From a virus, in IMG/VR virus record IMGVR_UViG_3300036715_002535, positions 1 to 64,000 of that record: DNA of 64,000 nucleotides; one strand, 5' to 3'. A program made the position numbers and the translations under genes. The notes under the pieces were generated by a model that did not search any database, had not been told where the DNA came from, and was given only the letters and a program-made list of their open reading frames with translations. Each line of letters starts with the position of its first letter. The first letter of the stretch is position 1. Below, one piece after another: positions 49,888-58,609 of the stretch.

Positions 49888-50542
49888 TTACTTTCCTTTC
49901 AACCAAGAATCAAGAGGAAATTTCTGTCCTGTACGATGATCCAGGATAAGATTGTCCTGAAACCGGTAAGTTCGGATCTTGTCTCCCCTTTGCCCAGAGC
50001 CAATCTTGTCTTTTCGTTCTCGATTGATGTCTGCGTGAGCATTATTCTTTACCAGCTCCTGAAGTTTCATCTCCAACAGCTCCAATGCAACTACACGATT
50101 CCGGATCTGAGACCTGCCATCGATCCGGACTTGAAGACCGGTCGGCTTGTGGGTCGCAATAACACAGGATTCTACCTTGTTGCGGTGCTGCCCTCCAGGA
50201 CCACTGCCCCGGGTAGTTCTAACGTCTATATCCCGCAAATTTAAAGATGCCGCGCGGTTCTGGAGCTCATAACAGGCCACGGTTATGGTAGAGGTGTGAA
50301 CTCTACCCTTCTTCTCTGTAGGTGGAATACGCTGGAAGCGATGTCCTCCACTCCCTTGAAGAAATTCACCGGCGCTATCACCCTTGATGAGAAGGGAAGC
50401 GAAGCCAGGCGCCTCTTCTAAGAGTTCGGTCTCAAAGTCCCCTCCGCTCCGTCCGACGTAAATAGGCTTTCAGTTGATCCCTGACGAGTAGGACTGCATC
50501 GTCCCCACCCTCAGCAGCTCGAATCTCAAGAATGAGTTCCAT
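49888..50542 (-). CDS. prfA: Class I peptide chain release factor, RF1-type, lacking domain 1; join(50542..50435, 50433..49888) by +1 frameshift, about 217 aa
   Basis: AAGGAGG RBS; MELILEIRAAEGGDDA; after shift GGHRFQRIPPTEKKGRVHTSTITVA, GSGPGGQHRNK, GSGQRGDKIRTY...DHR. Confidence 0.9.
50431..50446 (-). promoter_or_regulatory. RF2-type programmed +1 frameshift cassette
   Basis: CGGAGG-GGA-CTT-TGA-G: internal SD, 3-nt spacer, slippery CUU, UGA stop. Confidence 0.88.
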
Positions 50543-50587
50543 GCTGCACCTCCTTGAGCAATTATAACCCCAAGATCTAAGAATCCG

Positions 50588-50617
50588 CCTTGACAATTAA
50601 ATCGTCAAGGGTATATT
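50588..50617 (+). promoter_or_regulatory. Palindromic promoter element
   Basis: ccttgac-aattaaatc-gtcaaggg-tatatt. Confidence 0.88.
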
Positions 50618-50635
50618 TGATAGTGGGAGGAACGA

Positions 50636-51969
50636 ATGCTGACCATAGTGAGCTCCATCATCTGCAGCGAATTCCGGAAGGAGTTTCAATCTCCGGAGCG
50701 TCAGAAGAATGAGGGTTTCTTGTCCGAGCCCAACAAGGCCATGATGGTTCGCTTCAAGCTGACTCCGGATTTCGAAGTCGAGGAAGGCTACCGCAATCTG
50801 AGCATCCTGATCTTCGGCGCCGGCAGAAACTACATCACCGTGATGGCGAAGCTGGACTGGACCGTGATCCAGAACGAAGACATCAACGATGATGGTGAGG
50901 GGCTCAAGAAGGGCAAGGAATACACCGAGGGTGAAACCCCTTGGGTGCACTTCAGTTGCCATGACTCCTGCTGGACCTCGGACGGCGTGGAATCCATCAT
51001 CCAGATGTTCCGCAACCGGATCAACTGCATGGATTCGCGCTTCGATCGTTGGTACGAAACGATGACCCTGACTCCCGAACAGATCAAGGATTTCAATCAG
51101 ATCACTCGCGACACTCGCGAAGGCAAGCTCACCCATTCCCGCAAGTTCGAAACCCTCGAGTTCAAGTTCCCGGTGAAGAAATGAAGGCAGTCACCCGAGA
51201 AGCGGTCCACGCCTACCAAGAGAAGTATGGTTGTGGAATCGAAACCGCCAAGCGTGGGGTTGCACACCAGAATGCCATGGAAGCAATCGAATCCGCCACA
51301 ACCGTAGAAGATCTGAAGGGTGTTCTACTTTTCCTTCTGGAGACGAAATGACCGCTCCCAAGTCGAACGAGCAGATCAGAACCAGGATCAAGAAGGTCTT
51401 CGAGAAAGTATGCCGGAACAATGGATGTACCATGGACGGACTCAGATTTTACTCTCCCAAACAGTGGAAGGAGAGGGGTGAGCGATACGGGCAGAACTCC
51501 GTCATGTCCACCATTTTCGAAGAGCATCAGGGGATGTACTACACGATGAACGCTATCGGATCCTTCAAGCTTCAGAATGAACTGGTGGAAGAGCTCGCAA
51601 AAATTGGTTACTGGTTTGAGCTGGGAAATTCCTGGTACCTGAGCATCTACGAACTGTAGGAGCGTTGTGGCAATCTTACCTCAGAGCGCCCCTTGGTTGG
51701 AGCAGTACTTTACGAATGGTCTTAAGGTGATTCGTCTGTACGCTCGTGCTTGGAAGACCGGGGAAGATCCTTACAAGGATGGTCTCTGGAGAGTCATTCT
51801 TCAACCGGTCAGCTCAAGTGGAGTGGTGCTTGCTGAACAGGCACAAGACTTCGAGTGGACCAAGAAGGACGACGCGATTCCCTGGGCTCAGAGCCAACTA
51901 GGTCCCTCCTTCAGACCCACCCATCAAAGAGTTCTCGGAAGGGCAGATCATGGTAACCGTCACCGATAA
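50636..51969 (+). other. Four hypothetical genes (50636, 51181, 51348, 51667)
   Basis: RBS and ATGA overlaps. Confidence 0.65.
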
Positions 51970-52441
51970 AGAAAAAGCACTGGATCACTTCGATGAGTCG
52001 GATCTTTTCATTTCGATTCTCGATCCTGGTTTCAAGAAGTTTCCTCTCAAAGGATCTAAGGAGAAGCACTTTATTGCTCGATTCGAGGATACAGAACATC
52101 CCTCCGAACTAGAATGGATGAAGATGAACCGAGAGGTTCGATCAATTCTCTCATGGGTTCAACATAAGAAACCTTCTGTCGATACGAAAATTCTTGTACA
52201 TTGTCACGCTGGGGTTTCAAGATCATCCGCAATTGCGTGGCTAATCCTTATCATGCAGGGAAGAGAACCTCTTGAAGCCTTCCAATCTCTTTTCAAATCG
52301 AGATCTCAAATTTGGCCGAACTTAGTTGTGCTGGGTATAGGTTCCAAATTCCTGAACCTCGATCCCGGTTTCATGAAGCTCGCAATTCAGATCGATGAAG
52401 AAATTCGTGAAGGACGTGGTCAACTATTTGGATACTGCTGA
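51950..52441 (+). CDS. CX5R protein-tyrosine/dual-specificity phosphatase-like protein
   Basis: ISILDP, FED, VHCHAGVSRS, WPN. Confidence 0.88.
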   Translation: MVTVTDKEKALDHFDESDLFISILDPGFKKFPLKGSKEKHFIARFEDTEHPSELEWMKMNREVRSILSWVQHKKPSVDTKILVHCHAGVSRSSAIAWLILIMQGREPLEAFQSLFKSRSQIWPNLVVLGIGSKFLNLDPGFMKLAIQIDEEIREGRGQLFGYC

Positions 52442-52470
52442 AGATTTCGGTTCAAAAATTTGGTAAACCA

Positions 52471-52500
52471 CCTTGACAATTTAATTGTCAAGGGTATATT
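52471..52500 (+). promoter_or_regulatory. Palindromic promoter element, 11-bp perfect arms
   Basis: ccttgacaatt-t-aattgtcaagg-g-tatatt. Confidence 0.88.
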
Positions 52501-52520
52501 TTAAAGCCTGGAGGTAATCC

Positions 52521-52763
52521 ATGGCGCTACCAGTTGTTACCCGCCCTCGTCAGTCCGTTGCCTTACCGGACAACAGCCAGTACACCAACCGTTTCGAGAT
52601 CCGCTCTGAGACTTCGAACCGGGTGTACCTCGTGGCGCAGCACAAAACCTCCCGTTGGTGGAGCTGCTCCTGCCCCGGTTGGATCCGGTTCCGCAAGTGC
52701 AAGCACCTCGCCGCCATTGGTCTTCCCGCCCAGCAGCGCCCCTACGAAGTGACGATGCGATGA
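52521..52763 (+). CDS. SWIM zinc-finger protein
   Basis: WSCSCPGW...CKH. Confidence 0.8.
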   Translation: MALPVVTRPRQSVALPDNSQYTNRFEIRSETSNRVYLVAQHKTSRWWSCSCPGWIRFRKCKHLAAIGLPAQQRPYEVTMR

Positions 52764-52807
52764 ACTTTCTTCACTCCCCAATCCGCAGTTCAACAAGAGG
52801 AAGTAAC

Positions 52808-53143
52808 ATGAAAATCCCCGACGCCATCCGAACCCAGCACGATGCCATCATGAGCGTGAAACCCATCAGCTACCGCGGCTTCACCCTCAAGCCCCTGAGC
52901 CACATCAATCAGCCGCACTGGATCGAAGGCAAGTTCGTCTACTGGGGCTGGAACGTCTGCGATGCTTCCGGCTTCGTCAACATGGGACCTGGCTGTACCT
53001 GGGGTCGGACCATCGAGCAGGCCATGGAGATCGCTGACTGCATCCTGGAAGCCGGCACCCATCCCACCGCGTACGAAGAACTGGATTCCTGGAACCGTCG
53101 TTTCTGGACCCTCATGCGCAACCCTTCTCTTCGGGCAGTCTAA
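52808..53143 (+). CDS. Hypothetical protein
   Basis: GAGG RBS, ATG 52808. Confidence 0.65.
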   Translation: MKIPDAIRTQHDAIMSVKPISYRGFTLKPLSHINQPHWIEGKFVYWGWNVCDASGFVNMGPGCTWGRTIEQAMEIADCILEAGTHPTAYEELDSWNRRFWTLMRNPSLRAV

Positions 53144-53490
53144 TGGCTACCAAGAGCTGCTTCGCCGATCTGTTCGCCCAGTACAAGACCTACGATCCCA
53201 AGACGGAGGGTTACGGTAACGCCTCTGAGTGGTCCGAGACCTTTTATGAGCGGATGGGGTTCGAAGAGGCGGAAGAGATCCTGTTCCAGAACGATGGCAC
53301 TCCTCGCGGTATCCTGGGTGTGGGTCCGAAAGCGACCTGGCCTGAGATCAAGAAGGCTTTCCGCGCTCGGGTGATGGAAGTCCACCCTGACCGCTGCGCC
53401 ATCACCGGCCTGGATCCCAAGAAGGCATCTGATGAGTTCAAGAAGGTCACCGCGGCATTCACCATTCTCCAGAGGGAGTTCAAGAAATGA
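53143..53490 (+). CDS. J-domain (DnaJ-like) protein
   Basis: ILGV...EIKKAFR...HPD...F..V..A...L. Confidence 0.85.
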   Translation: MATKSCFADLFAQYKTYDPKTEGYGNASEWSETFYERMGFEEAEEILFQNDGTPRGILGVGPKATWPEIKKAFRARVMEVHPDRCAITGLDPKKASDEFKKVTAAFTILQREFKK

Positions 53491-53927
53491 CGCACCCAAG
53501 CCATGACAGTACTTCCCAATACCCTCTGGAAAGACAAAGTGACCGGACGAATTGTCAGGGTTACTAAAGTCTACGTTCATACGTGGAACCGCTCTTCCTA
53601 CGTACAGATGTTCAACCTCACCTCCAAACGTTCCAGTGCAAAACGGTACGATTGGTTCATCAAGGAATTCGAGGAGTACCATGATCGACCCACAGACGAT
53701 GTCAGTGCAGGACTATCCTCAAGTCAAGGCTGAGCCCAAGAAGCACTTCCTGAACTTCTGCTTCTTGTTATACCATCCCTGGACTAAATGGACTTCACCC
53801 ATTCCGCGTACCTGGGGACACGACGATCCGTTCACCGGCCAGAAGGCATCAAGTGCTGTGTATCCCACCCAATTCCGGATGTGCCCTAATTGTGGCAAGC
53901 AACAAGCTCGGAAGGTTCGCTAACCAT

Positions 53928-53957
53928 CCTTGACATTTTAATTGTCAAGGGTATATT
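53928..53957 (+). promoter_or_regulatory. Palindromic promoter element
   Basis: ccttgac-attttaatt-gtcaaggg-tatatt. Confidence 0.88.
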
Positions 53958-53962
53958 GGTAA

Positions 53963-54340
53963 GTGGGAGTTATCTTGAGCGAGCAAACGAGAACGAAGAT
54001 TCTTCATACCCACGACCAACGGTTCGGCGGCTATCCAACCTACTGGAAGATCTACTTCAAGCTATGGGGAAAGATCTTCGACATCCCTTGGGAGACCCCT
54101 TGGAAGATGGCGAGGGTCCATTCCATCGTCGGTACGATCCTGAAGACTCCCTGGTGGCTGCTTATCAAGCCGCTGGGATGTCTATTCAAGCAACGAACGG
54201 TTCGTGATGGTGAGCACCTGAAGCTCGATGGCAAGCTCACCTCGTGGGACATTCGCAAGACCATTACCTGGTTCCTGGTAGGAATACCAGTAATGTGGTA
54301 TCGCTCGAAGATGACCGAGAAGGAGCTTGCGGAGCTATGA
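53963..54340 (+). CDS. Hypothetical protein
   Basis: ORF after promoter; exact start uncertain. Confidence 0.55.
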   Translation: MGVILSEQTRTKILHTHDQRFGGYPTYWKIYFKLWGKIFDIPWETPWKMARVHSIVGTILKTPWWLLIKPLGCLFKQRTVRDGEHLKLDGKLTSWDIRKTITWFLVGIPVMWYRSKMTEKELAEL

Positions 54341-54591
54341 AATGGTTCGTGTACTTGGCTCGATGTGCTGATGGAAGCATCTACTGCGGCATCTCGAATG
54401 ATGTACCAGCCAGGATTGAAACGCACAATAAGGGTAAGGGAGCAAAATACACAAGAGCCCGGCTCCCCATTGAGTTAGTGTGGACGGAAGAACATCCGGA
54501 TAAGATTGCAGCGATGCAAAGGGAATACGTAGTTAAGAATCTCACAAGAATCAAGAAATTAGAGATGATTAATGAAAAAGCCCTTTCCTAG
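54337..54591 (+). CDS. Small GIY-YIG nuclease (YhbQ/UPF0213-like)
   Basis: WFVYLARCADGSIYCG...R...HN.GKGAKYTR.R.P. Confidence 0.88.
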   Translation: MKWFVYLARCADGSIYCGISNDVPARIETHNKGKGAKYTRARLPIELVWTEEHPDKIAAMQREYVVKNLTRIKKLEMINEKALS

Positions 54592-54863
54592 AACCGTGAG
54601 TAGAGAAAATGAAAGAAGGTGAGAAATGATCACAATGAACCTGAACGACACCATCTGGGTCAAGCCCACCAAGCATGGTCTGGAAGTCTACGTGAAGTAT
54701 TGGGAGAATCAGGGTGTCAAAAATCCTTGTCCTCTTAAAGTGGACTTCGAAGGTTGGGCGAAGATGCAGCTTTGGGAAGTGATGCAGACCTTCGGCCATG
54801 CAATGTACAATGGCGGTAAGGTTCCAATCGAAACCGAAATTCGTCTTACGAATGTGTACTGAC

Positions 54864-55237
54864 ATGCTAGACATCGGAAGACTCCTCGATGAAGTTCCTA
54901 CCCGGAATATGCCTGCAAGTACTGTGGACGTATTCGTAAAGATCGAACTACGAACTGCCTTTCATGTGGCGGACACCTAGCAGAGCTCTCAGAACCCTTC
55001 ATCAAGTCCCCGGAACCCTTTTCCGTCTACAAGTACACGACGGTCTTTGGTGGGGATGGCAAGAAGGACTACCAGCTCTTTCACAATCTCAATACCTTCA
55101 ATCTCCATTGGCAGATGAACTGTGAAGATGGTTCGATCGCAATCGTGGATCATTCCATGGACAAAGTCGATATGAATTCAGTCAGCCTCCACTTTGCCGA
55201 GCCACCTCCCAGACTGAAGATTCTTCTGTTCGGCTAA
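54864..55237 (+). pseudogene. Frameshifted zinc-ribbon gene
   Basis: Frame CKYCG...CLSCGG...LLFG* has no upstream start codon; needs a shift near 54900. Confidence 0.5.
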
Positions 55238-55697
55238 AAAAACGGGTTGGATCTGGATGGAGGACTGATGGCCTGTGATAAGAGATGTTTGCAATTGCAA
55301 ATCTCACCTCCAGGACTTCCACCATTGCACAACAGTAGAAGGAAGAAAACCTTCCGAATGCTTTTGCGCGGATCCCAGAGGGTGGATCTGTACAACGGAT
55401 GGTTCCAGAGCACACTCCGGTTGGAGTGAACATGGTGAATGCGAACTCCACGATTGGAAGGGGAAGGTATGAGCTCTCGCAAGGATCTTCAGAAGACCAA
55501 GAACCGTCGTAAACGTGGAACTTCTTGGTTCCGTAAGCACTACATAGTCGTCAAGAATCTCACGACACTGTCCTACGAAATCTCACGAAAAGATAATATT
55601 TTCACCCTCAAAAACCAGATGGGTGAAGTGACCTACACCACCACCGGACGAGCTCCTAGTCATCCGGAACTCCAGAATATCAAACCAGGAGAGTAAC

Positions 55698-56366
55698 TTG
55701 GCAAAGGCAGTCGTTATCCTATCCGGCGGAATGGACTCAGTCGTTCTAGCCTACTTCCTCAAGAACCAAGGCTACGAACTCAGTTGCCTGTCGTTCAACT
55801 ACGGTCAGCGCCACGCGAAGGAACTCGGGTTCGCGGAGCAGTGCGCGAAGGATGTCCGGTCCCCTTGGCACCTGGTCGATCTCAGCACCATCCAGGGTCT
55901 TCTGCCTGGTTCATCTCTCACTGACAGCTCGATCGAGGTTCCCGAAGGGCACTTCGAAGCGGAGATCATGAAGGCCACGGTAGTGCCCAATCGGAATGCG
56001 ATCATGCTTTCGATTGCGTGGGGCCACGCAGTTGCCATCGGAGCGGATGTGGTAGCCTTTGGCGCTCACGCGGGTGACCATGCTATCTACCCTGATTGCC
56101 GTCCAGAGTTCTGGGAGAAGATCGAAGCCGGGTTCAAGTCTGGCAACGAGGGCTTTGGCAATCCAGAACTTCGACTGTACCCACCTTTCATCAAGATCAC
56201 CAAGGCGGATATCACCAAGCGTGGGTACGATCTGGGTGTCAACTACGCGTACACCTGGAGCTGCTACAAGGGTGGGGAGAAGCACTGTGGCAAGTGTGGA
56301 ACTTGCGTGGAGCGGAAGGAAGCCTTCGAGCTGGCAGGTGTTCCTGACCCAACGGTGTACGAATGA
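55698..56366 (+). CDS. queC: 7-cyano-7-deazaguanine synthase
   Basis: SGGMDS, YGQRH, VVPNRN, YPDCR, TWSCY...CGKCGTC.ER. Confidence 0.95.
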   Translation: MAKAVVILSGGMDSVVLAYFLKNQGYELSCLSFNYGQRHAKELGFAEQCAKDVRSPWHLVDLSTIQGLLPGSSLTDSSIEVPEGHFEAEIMKATVVPNRNAIMLSIAWGHAVAIGADVVAFGAHAGDHAIYPDCRPEFWEKIEAGFKSGNEGFGNPELRLYPPFIKITKADITKRGYDLGVNYAYTWSCYKGGEKHCGKCGTCVERKEAFELAGVPDPTVYE

Positions 56367-57175
56367 TCCTGAAGATCCTGGTCGCAACAGATCTGATCTT
56401 GGTTCTATTGTTCCTTCTCTTCATGGTGGTGGCTTCCCTTTCACCTAAGATGCGTGCTGAGCAAGCGGACTTCAGCCTCAAAGGTCGTAAGGACTATCGA
56501 CTAGCAAGACAGTTGCTGACTGCGTTCCTCCCTTGGGTTATGATCGGTACCCTGATCAGGGTCGCTGGAATTGCTCAAGCCAAACACCCAAGGTTCGTAG
56601 TTCCTCTCTATATTGCAGATGTTCTGATATCCATCTTGGTTCTATGCTGCTTGCTCTGGTCAATCTACTGCATCTACTACAACGCCAACCTTCGGATGAA
56701 GCATGCCACCGGTCCTAGTTAAGTACATCGCAGTAGAAGACTATCAGGACGACATTGGTAACGGGGACTACCTCGATGCGGCAGAGTTCGATGAACTTGC
56801 CGCAGCAAAGGCTTACGCGAATGCAAATTCAAAGGTCACTCACCTCGATGCGATCAAAGTAGATGGTTGTCGCATCTACTACTGGAAGATCATCTGATGG
56901 GTAGAATGTACATGTGCGAGACCCACTCCTACGGTGGAAACCTTCCGTGCCCACTGTGCGCCCAACCCGTACACGTACCGTACATTCCCTACCAGCAGAA
57001 CATTCTCCCAGATCCACGTATCAGTGAGTTCGAGGATCTGTTCAATCAGATTAAGGATCGTCACAAACCCTACTGCTACATCTGCAAACGTTATGTGGAA
57101 GATGTCGAAAATGGTAAAGTAATTTACCCTGGAATGTCCCACGCGGAAGATTGCCTACTCAAGAAGTGCCCTTGA
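56363..57175 (+). other. Membrane protein (56363-56722) and two small hypothetical genes (56703, 56897)
   Basis: Three hydrophobic segments in the first; contiguous ORFs. Confidence 0.6.
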
Positions 57176-57192
57176 CATTTTAATTGTATATT
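57169..57192 (+). promoter_or_regulatory. Deleted copy of palindromic element (lacks TCAAGGG)
   Basis: cccttgacattttaattg-tatatt. Confidence 0.75.
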
Positions 57193-57200
57193 GGACTTCT

Positions 57201-57941
57201 ATGAAACTTGGTTACTGCAGCGATGTTCACCTTGAACATCTGGACTCCATCAAACAGGTCCAGGAATATCTTCTTGCCTTGAAGCCAGAAGAGAAGCTGG
57301 ACGTGATGGTGTTCGCTGGTGACATCTGTAACATGATGGAGAAGCGTACCCTCTCTGCCATCATCAAGATCATCAAGATCTTCGCAACAACGGTCATCTA
57401 TGTAGATGGGAATCACGAATGGTATGGAACCAGTTCGGACTTGGATCGTTCAGTACATCTTCGACACCTCCAGAACCTTGGAGTTGTAGTTCTTTCTCGT
57501 TTCACGCAACCCGAGGTTACAATCTGTGGCCAGCATTTCTGTGGCACGATGTTCTGGTATCCCTGCAACGACCGGACACGGCTCGCGGTAGAAACCTGGT
57601 CCGACAATCGTGCTATCGACAGTTTCAAGAAATGGTGGCCGGGTGAGTACGAGATCGAACTGAAGATCTTGAACCGGATCGTCACAGACCAAAGTATTGT
57701 GGTGACCCACTGTCTTCCCTGCTGGGAAGCGATCCACCCAACCAAGGTTGCGAAACCTGACAACCACTTCTTCGTATCCCCTGCAATTGACATCATCCAG
57801 TGGAACGAACCCAAGGCGTGGATCTATGGGCACGCTCATACTCCCAACGAACAGACCGTCTTCAAAACGAATCTCCTGAGCAATCCCTTGGGGTACCCGA
57901 GCGAAGGGCAGGAAAGAAAGATCAAGGTGATTGAGCTATGA
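57201..57941 (+). CDS. Calcineurin-like metallophosphoesterase
   Basis: SDVH, AGD, GNHE, VVTH, GHAH, NPLGY. Confidence 0.9.
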   Translation: MKLGYCSDVHLEHLDSIKQVQEYLLALKPEEKLDVMVFAGDICNMMEKRTLSAIIKIIKIFATTVIYVDGNHEWYGTSSDLDRSVHLRHLQNLGVVVLSRFTQPEVTICGQHFCGTMFWYPCNDRTRLAVETWSDNRAIDSFKKWWPGEYEIELKILNRIVTDQSIVVTHCLPCWEAIHPTKVAKPDNHFFVSPAIDIIQWNEPKAWIYGHAHTPNEQTVFKTNLLSNPLGYPSEGQERKIKVIEL

Positions 57942-58140
57942 AGAAGTTCAAGACCTTCGAACGATGGAGAGTATTCTCATTCAGGCCCTGAAGAATTCCG
58001 GTTGCCAAGGATCGACCGCGTCAAGAGTCTTTCGTGATGGATCTCAAATACTCCCCTCTGGATGCGAAGTATACCTTCATGTCCATGTCAGTAGTCCACA
58101 ATCCGAAAAATCTCAAGTAGAATTAAAGCTGGGGGTATTC

Positions 58141-58530
58141 ATGGCTTTTATAGATTGGAATGACCGTTTTAGTGTAGGTCATGCTGAGATCGACAAACAG
58201 CACAAGAAACTCTTTAAGCTGGTCAACAACGTAGCTGACCTGGTGAAGATGGGAATTACTCCGGAACTGAAGAAAATTATCGCGGATCTTACCTCGTACA
58301 CCCTGGAGCACTTTCGTTTCGAAGAAAAGGTCATGCGGGATTCCGGCTACAAGGATCTCGCATCGCACATAAAGAAGCATGAAGATCTTGTCAAGGAAGT
58401 CTCGGCCCTACAGCTCAAACTCAAAGCCGGTGAGCGTGTGAGCATGATGTCCGTAACAAGATTCCTAGCGGATTGGCTGACGAACCACATCATGAAAGAA
58501 GATATGGAGTACAAGCCTTTCCTGAAATAG
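58141..58530 (+). CDS. Bacteriohemerythrin
   Basis: W...FSVG...ID.QH, HF..EE, H...H, WL..HI..ED; frame is open from 57931 but homology starts at ATG 58141. Confidence 0.92.
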   Translation: MAFIDWNDRFSVGHAEIDKQHKKLFKLVNNVADLVKMGITPELKKIIADLTSYTLEHFRFEEKVMRDSGYKDLASHIKKHEDLVKEVSALQLKLKAGERVSMMSVTRFLADWLTNHIMKEDMEYKPFLK

Positions 58531-58556
58531 CCTCAGAAATCCAGGATTTCCAAATC

Positions 58557-58589
58557 TACCCTTGACATTTTAATGGTCAAGGGTATATT
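58557..58589 (+). promoter_or_regulatory. Palindromic promoter element, 10-bp arms
   Basis: tacccttgac-attttaatg-gtcaagggta-tatt. Confidence 0.88.
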
Positions 58590-58609
58590 TTTAATCCTGG
58601 GAGTTAGTA

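Noticed and set aside
49888-50280. Calling the 130-aa ORF a stand-alone ArfB/YaeJ or PrfH
   Set aside because: The frame extends upstream through the RF1 PxT loop and joins a domain-2 N-terminal ORF; the motifs are RF1-like.
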